NCBI GenBank assembly: GCA_963832165.1
Contig: CAWHTE010000001.1
Coordinates: forward strand, 416,001 to 480,000
From: an uncultured delta proteobacterium
GTDB taxonomy: Bacteria; Myxococcota_A; UBA9160; SMWR01
DNA length: 64,000 bases
Direction of reading: 5' to 3'
This document shows positions 10,419-20,280 of the stretch, in pieces. The position numbers and the translations under genes were made by a program. The first letter of the stretch is position 1; every line of letters begins with the position of its first letter. The notes beneath the pieces are model-generated. The model saw only the letters and a list, made by a program, of their open reading frames with translations, did no database searches and was not told the origin of the DNA.

Positions 10419-11153
10419 TCAGAGCAGGCCCCCGGCCGGCGCCACTCGCGCGCGCTGGTTGTAGAGCAGCTTCGTCAGGCTCTGGATCTCTTCCTTCGAG
10501 AGCTTCGAGAAGTCGACCGTCATGTCCTTGCCGACGGCCATGCCGCGCTGCACGCCGGGCCGCGCGCCGAGTTCCTCGAACCAGCGCTTGAAGTACGGGA
10601 ACTCCGAGATGTCCTGCCCCTGACCTTCCCAGCCGACCGTCCACGGGTAGGAGATCATGTCCGCGATCGTGTAGGTGTCGCCGGCGAGGTAGCGGCGGTC
10701 GTAGAGGCGGTTGTTCATCACGCCATAGAGCCGGTTCACCTCGTCGGTGAAGCGGCGCACCGCGTACGATTGATCGCCCTGTGAATCCTTGAGCCGGCGG
10801 AAGTGACCGCACTCGCCGGTCTTCGGGCCCTGGTTCGCCATCTGCCAGATCACCCACTGATTCACTTCGTGGCGCCCGCGCAGGTCCTTCGGATAGAACT
10901 GACCGGCCCTCTCGGCGATGTAGATCATGATGGCGCCGGATTCGAACAGCGCGATCGGCGCGCCGCCGTCGGCCGGCGCATGGTCGACAATCGCGGGCAT
11001 GCGGTTGTTCGGGCTGATGCGCAGGAACTCATCCTTGAACTGGTCGCCCTGGCCGATGCTGCACGGGACGATCCGGTACGGGAGCCCGCATTCCTCGAGC
11101 AGGATCGTCACTTTCTTGCCGTTCGGCGTGGGCCAGTAGTGGAGATCGATCAT
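10419..11153 (-). CDS. Glutathione S-transferase (YfcG/YghU-like)
   Basis: MIDLHYWPTPNG, ISPNNRMPAI, LFESGAI and WQMANQGP. Confidence 0.9.
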   Translation of the reverse strand: MIDLHYWPTPNGKKVTILLEECGLPYRIVPCSIGQGDQFKDEFLRISPNNRMPAIVDHAPADGGAPIALFESGAIMIYIAERAGQFYPKDLRGRHEVNQWVIWQMANQGPKTGECGHFRRLKDSQGDQSYAVRRFTDEVNRLYGVMNNRLYDRRYLAGDTYTIADMISYPWTVGWEGQGQDISEFPYFKRWFEELGARPGVQRGMAVGKDMTVDFSKLSKEEIQSLTKLLYNQRARVAPAGGLL

Positions 11154-11289
11154 TCGGAAGTCTCCGAGCGCGCGCAGGAGCCGGGGGGATCCCGATCTGC
11201 GCGTCCAGCATACCCCGGCAGGAGTTCGCCCCGGATCAAGTGCGGAGGCACTTCGTCCGATCCGTCGGGGGTACCGCTCGGAGGGCCCC

Positions 11290-11652
11290 ATGCAGACCGC
11301 CCGCGACGAGATGCGAGACTTCGCGAGCCAGCGCAGCGAGGTCCTGCTCCAGCTCGCGTCGTGCACCGTGGCGGCTGCGGCGCTGTGGGCGGTGGCGGGC
11401 CGGCTCGACGGAGCACTGCCCGAGCTCAAGGCGCTGTTCGTAGCGCTCCTCGTCGCGTTCGGGGTCGGCGTCCAGAACATGGTGCCGCAGCTCATCCCCG
11501 TGCTCGCGTTCCGCTGCCCGCGCTGCACGATGCTCTTCCACGCGGCCACCGCGCGACCGCGCGGCCGCGCGGTGCTGGGACTGCGCGCGTGCGCGCACTG
11601 CGGCCTGCGCGTGCACGGACCCGATTCGCCGCCGTCCCACGCGCACGACTAG
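11290..11652 (+). CDS. Small membrane protein with C-terminal zinc ribbon
   Basis: Two hydrophobic helices, then CPRC...CAHC; GGAGG RBS upstream. Confidence 0.6.
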   Translation: MQTARDEMRDFASQRSEVLLQLASCTVAAAALWAVAGRLDGALPELKALFVALLVAFGVGVQNMVPQLIPVLAFRCPRCTMLFHAATARPRGRAVLGLRACAHCGLRVHGPDSPPSHAHD

Positions 11653-11656
11653 ACTG

Positions 11657-11716
11657 GCCGCAGGCTTCGCGCAGCGAGCCGCAGGCGAGCGAAGACCATA
11701 AGATGGGCGAGCGAAG
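11657..11716. repeat. REP-like intergenic element
   Basis: GCCGCAGGC twice, GGCGAGCGAAG twice, and a CTTCGC...GCGAAG inverted pair. Confidence 0.4.
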
Positions 11717-11725
11717 GCCATCAGG

Positions 11726-12922
11726 ATGTCGAAGCTCGCGATCACGGGGGCGGAGCTCGTCGACCCCGAAGCGGCGCTCGTACGCCGCGGCACGCTGCTC
11801 ATCGAAGACGGGCGGATCGCCGGAAGCGTTGCGCCCGACGAGCCGCTCGGCGCCGATTGGCGCGTGATCGAGCGCCCCGATCGCGCGCTTGCACCGGGCT
11901 TTCTCGATCTGCACTTCCACGGCGAGATCGCGGCGGCTGCGCCGCCGCAGTTCGCGGGTGCGCTCGCGCGCGCCGCGCGGCGGATGCTCGGCGAGGGAAC
12001 GACCGGGTTTCTCGCCACCACGGTGTGTTGGCCACGCGCGCAGCTCGCCGATGCGGTCTCAGCGCTCGCGGCCGCGGCCGACGGGGTGTCTGCGCAGGGT
12101 GCCGCTTGCCTCGGTCTGCATCTCGAGGGGCCGTGGATCAGCGCCGAGGCGCCCGGTGCGATGTCGCGCGACGCGATCCGGCCCTACGACGCGCGCTCGG
12201 ATCGCGAGGTGCTCGCGCGCGCGGGCCAGCACCTGCGCATGGTCACACTGGCGCCCGAGGTCGAGGGAGCCGACGCGCTGCTCGCCGAGCTCGCCGCGCG
12301 CGGCGTGATCGCAGCGCTCGGTCACACGCGCGCACTACCCGCGCGCATTCTCGAGGCTGTCGAGCGCGGTCTGCGCCACGTCACGCATCTCTGGAACGCG
12401 ATGGGCCCGATCCACCATCGCGAGCCCGGCGTGGCCGGCACCGCGCTCGCGGAGGATCGGCTGACGTGTGATCTGATCTGCGACGGCCACCACGTCGATC
12501 CCGCGATGGTGCGCATCGCGGTGCGCGCGCTCGGGGAGCGCCTCATGCTGATCACCGACCGCCTCGATCTCCCGGAAGGAGCCCACGCCTCGGCGCTCGG
12601 CTCGGTCTCGGCGGGAGTCGACGGCGAGCCCTGGCGGCGCGCCGATGGCACGATCGCGGGGAGCCAGCTCGGCCTCGATGCCGCGCTCCGCAACGCGCGC
12701 CGCTTCGCCGGGATCGATCTGCGCGAGGCCGTGGCCGCATGCACGCTGCGGCCCGCGCGGTTGCTCGGCGTGGAGCGCGAGCGCGGCACGCTGCGCCCGG
12801 GTGCACGCGCGGATCTCGCCGTGCTCGACGCGAGCGGCCGCGCGGTCGAGACCTGGATCGCGGGCGAGCCCGTCTGGCGCTGTGAAACTTTCGGTTCAGA
12901 TGGGAATCCCGCGCGCCGATAG
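11726..12922 (+). CDS. nagA: N-acetylglucosamine-6-phosphate deacetylase
   Basis: PGFLDLHFHG, GLHLEGPW, VTLAPE, GHT, THLWNAM and ICDGHHV. Confidence 0.88.
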   Translation: MSKLAITGAELVDPEAALVRRGTLLIEDGRIAGSVAPDEPLGADWRVIERPDRALAPGFLDLHFHGEIAAAAPPQFAGALARAARRMLGEGTTGFLATTVCWPRAQLADAVSALAAAADGVSAQGAACLGLHLEGPWISAEAPGAMSRDAIRPYDARSDREVLARAGQHLRMVTLAPEVEGADALLAELAARGVIAALGHTRALPARILEAVERGLRHVTHLWNAMGPIHHREPGVAGTALAEDRLTCDLICDGHHVDPAMVRIAVRALGERLMLITDRLDLPEGAHASALGSVSAGVDGEPWRRADGTIAGSQLGLDAALRNARRFAGIDLREAVAACTLRPARLLGVERERGTLRPGARADLAVLDASGRAVETWIAGEPVWRCETFGSDGNPARR

Positions 12923-12938
12923 GGGGCGCGGGGGATCC

Positions 12939-13718
12939 GTGAGCCGAGTCCGCATGCGCCGCCGCTCGCTCGACGCGCTGCTCCGCGTGCAGCGCTACGA
13001 GGACTATCACGATCTCGTGTTCCAGGAGGCGCTCGACCCCTACTGCGAGGCCGCGAAGCGCGCGGGGCGCGAGCCCGGCAGCGTGCTCGCGATCGGCGCG
13101 GGCGCGCGCGAGGCCCAGGCGCTCGTCGCGCGGCCGTTTGCGCGGATCGCACTCTCCGGGGTCGCCGAGCCCGACGCGGTGGTGCAGGAGATCGCGGCGC
13201 GCGATCCGCGCGTGGTCTACGAGCTCGCCAACGCCGAAGCGCTGCCGTACGAGAGCCGGACCTTCGACCTCGTCTTGTGCAAGGAGGCGCTGCACCACCT
13301 CGCGCGGCCCGTGCTCGGCCTGTACGAGATGCTGCGCGTGTGCCGCCACCGCGCGGTGCTGATCGAGCCCTGGAGCTGTGGGCTGATCGGTGCCTTCGAT
13401 CGGCTCGGCCTCACCACGCGCTTCGAACGCGATCAGATCGCGAATCTCGCAGCGCGCGACAACCACGTATATCGCTTGAGCCGCGCTTCTCTCGAGGCTC
13501 TGCTCGCGAGCTACTACCTCGAGTCCGGAGCGCGTTGCGACGTGCGCGTGGGATGGCTCTCCACGCGCGTGTTGATGCCGCGATCGGCGCGCGTGCGCAG
13601 CGCGCTCCTCGCCGCGGGATGGGCGGCGAGCCAGCTGCCCGGGGCGGAGGGAAACCTGGCCACGGTTTCGATCGAGCCCGGCAGCGATCTGCCGCCCGAT
13701 CCGCGGCCGATTCCCTGA
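12939..13718 (+). CDS. Class I SAM-dependent methyltransferase
   Basis: VLAIGAG and ANAEALPYESRTFDLVLCKEALHHL. Confidence 0.75.
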   Translation: MSRVRMRRRSLDALLRVQRYEDYHDLVFQEALDPYCEAAKRAGREPGSVLAIGAGAREAQALVARPFARIALSGVAEPDAVVQEIAARDPRVVYELANAEALPYESRTFDLVLCKEALHHLARPVLGLYEMLRVCRHRAVLIEPWSCGLIGAFDRLGLTTRFERDQIANLAARDNHVYRLSRASLEALLASYYLESGARCDVRVGWLSTRVLMPRSARVRSALLAAGWAASQLPGAEGNLATVSIEPGSDLPPDPRPIP

Positions 13719-13721
13719 GCG

Positions 13722-15458
13722 TCAGGACGATTGCGGGCCGCGGATCACGCGGCCCGGAAGCGCGCCCGTGTGCTCGCCGTTGCGCATCGTGACGATGCCC
13801 GACACGATCGTGGCCTCGTAGCCGCGCGCGCGCTGCACGAGTCGGCGCGCGCCCGCGGGCAGATCGTGCACGAGCTCGGGCAGCGCGAGCTCGAGGTGAT
13901 CCCAGTCGATCACGTTGAGATCGCCCTTCCGTCCCGGCGCGACGACGCCGCGGTCGCGCAGGCCGTAGAGCCACGCGGTGTCGCGCGTCATCTTGCGCAC
14001 CACCCATTCGATCGGGAGCTTCGGCCCGCGCGCGCGGTCCCGCGCCCAGTGCGTGAGCAGGAACGTGGTCATGCTCGCGTCGCAGATCGCACCGCAGTGT
14101 GCGCCGCCGTCGCCGAGGCCGAACGCGCTCGCGGGGTGCTCGAGCATCTCGCGCAGCGCCTCGAGATCGCCGTCGCTGTAGGAGAGGATCGCGAGCATCA
14201 GCAGCTGGCGTCCGTCGAGCTCGAGCATGTGGTCGTAGAGCACCTCGTACGGGTCGCGGCCGGTCCGCGCCGCCTCGGCGGCGACGCTGTCCTCGGGCGC
14301 GGGCTCGTAGTTCGGCGGATCTCCGAGCGGGAAGATCTTGCTCATGCCGTTCTCGATCATCGAAACCACTACAGCGATGCGCGGATCCTGCTCGATCGAT
14401 TTCTCACCGAGGATCCGGCGCCGAATCTCGGGATCGCGCAGCCGCGCCACCCGCTCGGCGAGCGGCAGGTGCTCGAGCTCGCGATAGGTGGGCTTGTACG
14501 AGAACGGATTGAAGGTCTGGTGTCCGATCAGGAGCATCGTCGGACGCGAGCCGACCTGCGGCGTGAGCTGTGCGCCGGCCGCGTTGGCCTCGCTGCAGCG
14601 CTCGAGTATCGCCCGGAACTGATCCTTGTCGGCGTCGTGCTGCGAGAGCGCGAAGCTCACGGGCCGACCGATTTCGGCCGAGAGTCGCTGCATCCACGCC
14701 ACTTCCTTCGCGGGTGCCGCGAGGTCCTCGCCCATCACGCCCGCGGGCGCCAGCTCGAACAAGCCGCGGCCCAGCTCGCGCAGCACGCGGCCGATCCCGA
14801 ACAGCTCGTCTTCGGCCGCGAATGTGCCCGGCACCGGCTCACCGTCGATCGCGCGGTGTACGAGCGTGCGCGAGGTCGAGAAGCCGAGTGCACCGGCCTC
14901 GATGCCTTCGCGCACGATCGCCGCCATCGCTGCGATGTCCTCGGGCGTGGCCGGCTCGTTCTTCGCGCCGCGCGCTCCCATCACGTACGCGCGCACCGCG
15001 CCGTGCGGGACCTGGGTGCCGAGGTCGACCGCGTGCGGGACCCGCTCGAGCGCGTCGAGGTATTCGGGGAAGGTCTCCCAGCCCCATTTCATCCCCGCGG
15101 ACAGCGCGGTGCCGGGGATGTCCTCGACACCCTCCATCAGCGCGATCAGGAAATCCTCGTCGCCGGGCCGCACCGGAGCGAAGCCGACTCCGCAATTGCC
15201 CATCACGATCGTCGTCACACCGTGCCAGCACGAGGGCGAGAGCAGCGAGTCCCACGTGGCCTGTCCGTCGTAGTGCGTATGGATGTCGACGATTCCGGGC
15301 AACACGAGCTTGCCCGTCGCATCGAGCGTCTCGCGCGCCGCACCGAGGTCGTGGCCCACCGCGGCGATGCGGCCGCCCGAGAGCGCGACGTCGGCGCTGC
15401 GCGGCGCGGTGCCCGTGCCGTCGACGAGAGTTCCGCCGCGAATGACCAGATCGTGCAC
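13722..15458 (-). CDS. N-acyl-D-amino-acid deacylase family amidohydrolase
   Basis: DLVIRGGTLVDGTG, PGIVDIHTHYD, MGNCGVGFAP and DGGAHC; GTG start with AGGAG. Confidence 0.9.
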   Translation of the reverse strand: MHDLVIRGGTLVDGTGTAPRSADVALSGGRIAAVGHDLGAARETLDATGKLVLPGIVDIHTHYDGQATWDSLLSPSCWHGVTTIVMGNCGVGFAPVRPGDEDFLIALMEGVEDIPGTALSAGMKWGWETFPEYLDALERVPHAVDLGTQVPHGAVRAYVMGARGAKNEPATPEDIAAMAAIVREGIEAGALGFSTSRTLVHRAIDGEPVPGTFAAEDELFGIGRVLRELGRGLFELAPAGVMGEDLAAPAKEVAWMQRLSAEIGRPVSFALSQHDADKDQFRAILERCSEANAAGAQLTPQVGSRPTMLLIGHQTFNPFSYKPTYRELEHLPLAERVARLRDPEIRRRILGEKSIEQDPRIAVVVSMIENGMSKIFPLGDPPNYEPAPEDSVAAEAARTGRDPYEVLYDHMLELDGRQLLMLAILSYSDGDLEALREMLEHPASAFGLGDGGAHCGAICDASMTTFLLTHWARDRARGPKLPIEWVVRKMTRDTAWLYGLRDRGVVAPGRKGDLNVIDWDHLELALPELVHDLPAGARRLVQRARGYEATIVSGIVTMRNGEHTGALPGRVIRGPQSS

Positions 15459-15480
15459 GATGACTCTCCTTGCGCGGCGC

Positions 15481-15792
15481 TCAGGCGCCGAGCGTGATTT
15501 CGATCCGGTCGCCGCTCTCGCGCACCGGAAAGCTCCTGGCGGGTCTGCGGATCGGATGGCGCTGTGGGCTGCCGTCGCGCACGTCGAGTCGCCCGCCGTG
15601 TACCGGGCACTCGAGGACGCAGCCCTGCAGCACGGCCGCGTCGAGTCGCACCATCGCATGCGGGCAGCGGTTCTCGATCGCGTAGAAGCGGCCCTCGGCA
15701 TTGCACACGAGCAGCTCGTGCCCGTCGGCCGACACGGCGCGGGTCTGGCCCGGCGCGAGACCCGCCACGTCGAGCGTCACCGCGAGGCTCAC
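15481..15792 (-). CDS. Rieske-type ferredoxin
   Basis: NRCPHA...LECPVHG; GTGA overlap with the oxygenase stop. Confidence 0.85.
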   Translation of the reverse strand: MSLAVTLDVAGLAPGQTRAVSADGHELLVCNAEGRFYAIENRCPHAMVRLDAAVLQGCVLECPVHGGRLDVRDGSPQRHPIRRPARSFPVRESGDRIEITLGA

Positions 15793-17072
15793 GCTTTGCG
15801 CTCCAGATATTGCTCGAGCGTGCGGTGGAAGTGCCGGATCCGGACCTCCTGCTCGCCGAGGTGCAGGCTGCGGAACGCCGCGGAGCGCATGCCCGCCTGG
15901 ATGCGCGGCAGGTTGTAGAGGTCCTCGTCGAGCAGGTCGCCGCCCTCGCATTTCCCGGCGAGCGTGTCGCCGTCTTCGGTGCGGAAGAAGAGCTTCTGCG
16001 GACGCGGCACCTCCTGCGCAGGCGTGCGAACGAGGCTCCAGAAGTCGAAGTACATCTTGTTCGGATCTTCCGGGTGCGGGCGATGCGTGAAGACCCACAC
16101 GAACAGCGAGTGGATGTTGAACGTGGCGTTCGGGAACACCGTGTAGTGGAAGTCGTCGCACATCTGCGCTTCGTTGAGCTCGGAGAAGTCGCAACCGAGC
16201 GCTGGGCCCATCTTGCGGATCGCGTCGGCGAACGCGGAGCGCGCCTCGGCCGGCCCGCCCGCGAAGTTCGCCACGTCCACGCCCACGCGCGCCAGGAACA
16301 GATCGCGGATGCCGCGCGTCACCGTGCCGGCGCCGGGATGGCGGGGGCTGGCCTGCACCTCGGGGAAGATCATGCGCGTGTGCTTGTCGTAGCAGTCGTA
16401 GAGCGTATTCACGTCGTCGCTGAACTCGAGCGTCCAGGTGTGGGTCGCCGACAGGTGATAGGCCTCGTTGAACGCATCGACCGACGTCTTCCAGTTGCAC
16501 TCGATCTCGATCGTCGCGTCGAACGCGACCTTCCACTCCTCGAAGTGATAGGGATCGAGGTGCTCGGGAATGACGCCGAGGTAGTTGGTCAGAGGCTCGG
16601 CGTCCGGATCCAGGTTGACGAAGACGAACCCGCCCCAGGTCTCGCAGCGCACGGGCCGCAGGTCGAGGTTCTTGCAACCCTGCGGAAACGACCCCGGGTC
16701 GAGCACCGCGAGCAGCTTGCCGTCGATGCCGTAGCGCCAGCCGTGGAACAGGCACGAGAAGCTCTCGGCGTGCCCGCGGCCGGGCTCCCGCAGGCGATTG
16801 CCGCGGTGCATGCAGACGTTGTAGCGGGCGGCGAGGGTGCCATCGGCCTGGCGGATCACGAGCACCGACTCGGGGCCGATCTCGAACGTGAAGTAGTCGC
16901 CCGGATTGGGCGCGTCGGACGCGCGCCCGGCGAGCAGCCACGTGCGCGTCCACATGCGCTCCCACTCGAGCTGCATGAACTCGCGCGAGGTGTAGCGCTC
17001 CTTGGGCACCGGAGCGGTGCCGAGCTGCGGGCGCGGCGCGCGCTCCATCGGAGTCCTCTGCACAGCCGTCAT
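15789..17072 (-). CDS. Rieske aromatic ring-hydroxylating oxygenase alpha subunit
   Basis: NVCMHRG...CLFHGW Rieske motif; NWKTSVDAFNEAYHLSATH mononuclear-iron motif. Confidence 0.92.
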   Translation of the reverse strand: MTAVQRTPMERAPRPQLGTAPVPKERYTSREFMQLEWERMWTRTWLLAGRASDAPNPGDYFTFEIGPESVLVIRQADGTLAARYNVCMHRGNRLREPGRGHAESFSCLFHGWRYGIDGKLLAVLDPGSFPQGCKNLDLRPVRCETWGGFVFVNLDPDAEPLTNYLGVIPEHLDPYHFEEWKVAFDATIEIECNWKTSVDAFNEAYHLSATHTWTLEFSDDVNTLYDCYDKHTRMIFPEVQASPRHPGAGTVTRGIRDLFLARVGVDVANFAGGPAEARSAFADAIRKMGPALGCDFSELNEAQMCDDFHYTVFPNATFNIHSLFVWVFTHRPHPEDPNKMYFDFWSLVRTPAQEVPRPQKLFFRTEDGDTLAGKCEGGDLLDEDLYNLPRIQAGMRSAAFRSLHLGEQEVRIRHFHRTLEQYLERKA

Positions 17073-17701
17073 CGGTTTCTCCCGTGGTGCGAAGTGGGCG
17101 CGCGCAGCCCCGCGACGAGCAACTCGGTCGCTGCGCGCACGTGGCGCTCGCCCGAGACGTCGAGATAGGGCTTGTCGTCGAGCAGGTGCTGCATCATGCC
17201 CACCTGCATCGCGCGCACGACTTCGGCGGTGGTCGGCACGTCGAGATCGGCGCGGAACTCGCCCGACGCGACTCCGCGGCGCAGCAGAGCCTCGAGCTTC
17301 GTGCGCCACTCCTCCATCGCGCGCTCGGCGGCGGAGTCCCAGTCGACGAGCACCGGCGCAGCTTCGGCCGCGACGAGTGCCGTGAGGAGCGGGCGGCGGT
17401 CTTCGGTGAGATTCACGCGCAGCCACGCTGCGAGCGCATCGCTCGCGCTGTGCGCCTCGTCGATCGCGCGATCGACGGCCGACGACCACTCGTCGAGCAT
17501 GTGGTCTCGCACGCAGCGCGCGAGTTCCTCCTTCGAGCCGAAGTGGTTGTAGACGAGCGCGCGCGAGACACCCGCGGCGAGCGCGACCTCTTCGATCCGC
17601 GTGCGCGCAAAACCGCTCTTCGCGAAGCACTGCGCCGCGGCGCCGAGGATCCGCAGGCGGCGCTGCTCGACGGCCGGAGCGCGGGGGGGCTGCGCTTGCA
17701 T
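17069..17701 (-). CDS. TetR/AcrR family transcriptional regulator
   Basis: ILGAAAQCFAKSGF...AGVSRALVYNHFGSKEEL HTH. Confidence 0.9.
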   Translation of the reverse strand: MQAQPPRAPAVEQRRLRILGAAAQCFAKSGFARTRIEEVALAAGVSRALVYNHFGSKEELARCVRDHMLDEWSSAVDRAIDEAHSASDALAAWLRVNLTEDRRPLLTALVAAEAAPVLVDWDSAAERAMEEWRTKLEALLRRGVASGEFRADLDVPTTAEVVRAMQVGMMQHLLDDKPYLDVSGERHVRAATELLVAGLRAPTSHHGRNR

Positions 17702-17707
17702 GTCTAC

Positions 17708-17737
17708 AATCTAGACGAATTAGCCTGGATTCGTCAA
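17708..17737 (-). promoter_or_regulatory. Leaderless sigma70 promoter (TTGACG-N18-TAGATT) overlapped by an inverted-repeat operator GACGAAT-N8-ATTCGTC
   Basis: -10 lies 6 nt before the TetR ATG; inverted repeat at 17714-17735. Confidence 0.65.
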
Positions 17738-17781
17738 TTTCGTATAAAGGACATCGGAGTCAGCGGGTATGCTGCGCGCCG

Positions 17782-18651
17782 ATGCAAGGTTCGCGAAGGC
17801 CATCAGCAGTGTGGCGCTCGTTGCTCCAGTTCGGGCTGCTCGGGGCCGCGCTGTTCGCGGCCGACCGCCTCTGGTGGCGCGCTTCGCCGGACCCCGTGGT
17901 GATTCCGGCCGCACGCGCTGCAGAGGCCGACGACGAGCTGCTCTACCGCGCGGCGCTCGCACGCGGCTACGAACGCGACGACCCGGTGGTCTTTCGCCGC
18001 CTCGTCCAGAATCTGCGCTTCGCGGGCGCGCCCGAGGCGCGCGATGACGGCGCTCTGTTCGACGACGCGCTCGCGCTGCGCATGCACGAGAGCGACCCGG
18101 TCGTGCGGCGCCGGCTGATCCAGCGCATGCGCCAGGATCTCGAAGACGAGGCGTCGAGCGCCGATCCCGAGGAAGCCACCTTGCGCGACTACTACGAGCG
18201 CGACGCGGCGAGCCGGCTGCGCCCCGAGCGCGTCCGGCTCACGCAGATCTATTTCCGCACGGAGCGCGAGCGCGACGCGCGCAAGCTGCTCGCGCGGCTG
18301 CGCGCCGGAACCGAGCCGGAGCGCGTGCCGGGTCTCGGCGATCCGTTCCTGCTCGGCCCCGAGCAGCCGCTCCAGTCGCGCGACGAGCTCGCGAATCGCT
18401 TCGGCGCACCATTCGCGGAGGGCGCGTTCGCGGCGCCGCCGGGGATCTGGTCGGGACCGATTCCCTCGGCTTACGGCGTGCATCTCGTATTCGTCCACGA
18501 GCGCGAGGCCGCGCGCCCCCTCGCGTTCGAGGAGGTGCGCGATGCGCTGCGGCACACAGTGATCGCGGAACGGCGTCAGGCTGCGCTCGAGCGCGGCTTG
18601 CGCGCGCTGCGCGAGCAGATCCCGATCGTGATCGAGCCGCCGGCGCGTTAG
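17782..18651 (+). CDS. PpiC/parvulin-like peptidyl-prolyl isomerase family protein
   Basis: N-terminal TM; DPVVRRRLIQRM, LGDPF, FG...FA and WSGPIPSAYGVHLV. Confidence 0.75.
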   Translation: MQGSRRPSAVWRSLLQFGLLGAALFAADRLWWRASPDPVVIPAARAAEADDELLYRAALARGYERDDPVVFRRLVQNLRFAGAPEARDDGALFDDALALRMHESDPVVRRRLIQRMRQDLEDEASSADPEEATLRDYYERDAASRLRPERVRLTQIYFRTERERDARKLLARLRAGTEPERVPGLGDPFLLGPEQPLQSRDELANRFGAPFAEGAFAAPPGIWSGPIPSAYGVHLVFVHEREAARPLAFEEVRDALRHTVIAERRQAALERGLRALREQIPIVIEPPAR

Positions 18652-18660
18652 GTCACTCCG

Positions 18661-19545
18661 TCACTCGAGCAGGTTCGCGCGCAGCCGCTCGCGCAGCGCG
18701 GCATCGATCCCGAGCGCGTCGTGCAGATAGTTCTCGGTCCCGCCATGCGCTTCGTCGATCGCCGCGAACGCCGAGTCCAGATAGCGTTCGCGCGCCTCGA
18801 ACAGCGGGCGCAGGTCGTCGGGGTGGGCGCGAAACAGCGACATGATCCGGATCACGCGCAGCACCCCGGCCGTCTTCTCCCGGGTGAGCTCGTTCGTGAG
18901 CAGGTAGTCGCGCATCGCCGTCTCGCGCGGGACTTCCAGTGCGAGCAGCACCAGCGCAGCGGCAAAGCCCGTGCGGTCCTTGCCCGCGGTGCAGTGGAAC
19001 AGCGTGGGCACGTTCGCGGGCTCGGCGAGATCGCGCAGGAATTGCGCGTAGACCGGACGGAACTCGTCCACGAACGCGCGGTTGCCCTCGACGAGCCAGC
19101 CTGCGGCCTGCTCGGCGGAGACCTCGCCCGCGAGCAACCGGTCCTGGAGCTGGCTCGGATCGAGTCCGGCCCCGGAGATCGGCTGCCACACCACCTGTAC
19201 GTCCGCGGGCAGGCGGTCGGGATCGCGCTCGCGCTCCGCTGCGGACCGGAAGTCCACCGCGCGGCGGAGCTTGAGCCGCGCGAGATACGCGACGTCCTCG
19301 TCGCTGAGATCGGCGAGCGCGTCGGAGCGGTAGAGCGCGCCCCAGCGCAGGGTCCGGCCATCGCGCGTCGCATAGCCACCCAGGTCGCGCAGGTTCGCGG
19401 CGCCGTCCACGGGCAGGCGACGATGTGCCTCGCGAGCGTCACGCGGCAGCTCGGCCGGGATCGCGCGCTGCGATGCCGGCAGCGAATCGCTGCACGCGAA
19501 CAGGGCGAGCAACGGAAGCGCGAGCGAGATCGAGCGACGGAGCAT
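18661..19545 (-). CDS. Tyrosine/lipid phosphatase (PtpB-like), probable lipoprotein
   Basis: NLRDLGGY, HCTAGKDRTG P-loop and DYLLTN; LFAC lipobox. Confidence 0.88.
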   Translation of the reverse strand: MLRRSISLALPLLALFACSDSLPASQRAIPAELPRDAREAHRRLPVDGAANLRDLGGYATRDGRTLRWGALYRSDALADLSDEDVAYLARLKLRRAVDFRSAAERERDPDRLPADVQVVWQPISGAGLDPSQLQDRLLAGEVSAEQAAGWLVEGNRAFVDEFRPVYAQFLRDLAEPANVPTLFHCTAGKDRTGFAAALVLLALEVPRETAMRDYLLTNELTREKTAGVLRVIRIMSLFRAHPDDLRPLFEARERYLDSAFAAIDEAHGGTENYLHDALGIDAALRERLRANLLE

Positions 19546-19636
19546 GCGCGGCACGTTACCGGAATCCCCCGCGCGGCACTGGCAGGGCCGCGCGCACGAC
19601 CGTAGGCTCGCGAGCGGGACGCGATGGAGGTCTCGG

Positions 19637-20236
19637 ATGCGGATCGCGGGTCTCGCGCTCGTCTCGATCGCAGTTCTCTCGCTCGCGTGCGCGAGCGTGC
19701 GTGTGCGCACGGACTACGACGACGCGATCGATTTCTCGAAGCTGAAGAGCTTCGCCTGGCTCGATCCGCCGCTTCGCGAAGCCTCGCGAGACGAGGGCGG
19801 GCAGGGCGGGGATCCCTTCACGCAGAACACGCTGCTCGACAAGCGCGTGCGAGACGAGGTCGAGGGGTGGCTGCTGTCCCACGGCTACCGCCTGGCCGGC
19901 GAGCGCGAGGAGCCCGACTTCCTGCTGCGCTACGAGTTCACGTCGCGCGAGGTCTACCGCGATTCGCCCGTGACCGTCAGCGGCGGGTTCGGCAGCTATG
20001 GCTCCGGAGTCGGCATCGGATCGGGCGTCGGCTACTCGCCGTCCGGGGGCTCTCAGGAGGGGACGCTGATCCTCGACGTGATCGACCCCGCCACCGAGCA
20101 GCTCTCGTGGCGAGGCTGGGGCACCACGCAGTTGCGCGACAGTCACATCGGGCCCGAGCGGATCCGCGAGACAGTCGGTGCAGTCCTCGAGCGCTTCCCG
20201 CCCAAGCCGAAGCGCGGCGGAAGGTCTGGCGACTAG
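19637..20236 (+). CDS. DUF4136-like lipoprotein
   Basis: LAC lipobox, TDYD...DFSKLKSFAW, EGTLILDVID, WRG and FPP. Confidence 0.8.
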   Translation: MRIAGLALVSIAVLSLACASVRVRTDYDDAIDFSKLKSFAWLDPPLREASRDEGGQGGDPFTQNTLLDKRVRDEVEGWLLSHGYRLAGEREEPDFLLRYEFTSREVYRDSPVTVSGGFGSYGSGVGIGSGVGYSPSGGSQEGTLILDVIDPATEQLSWRGWGTTQLRDSHIGPERIRETVGAVLERFPPKPKRGGRSGD

Positions 20237-20280
20237 CAGCTCCGCGGCGCTGGCGGTCCAGTTCGGGCACAATCCGCCGC

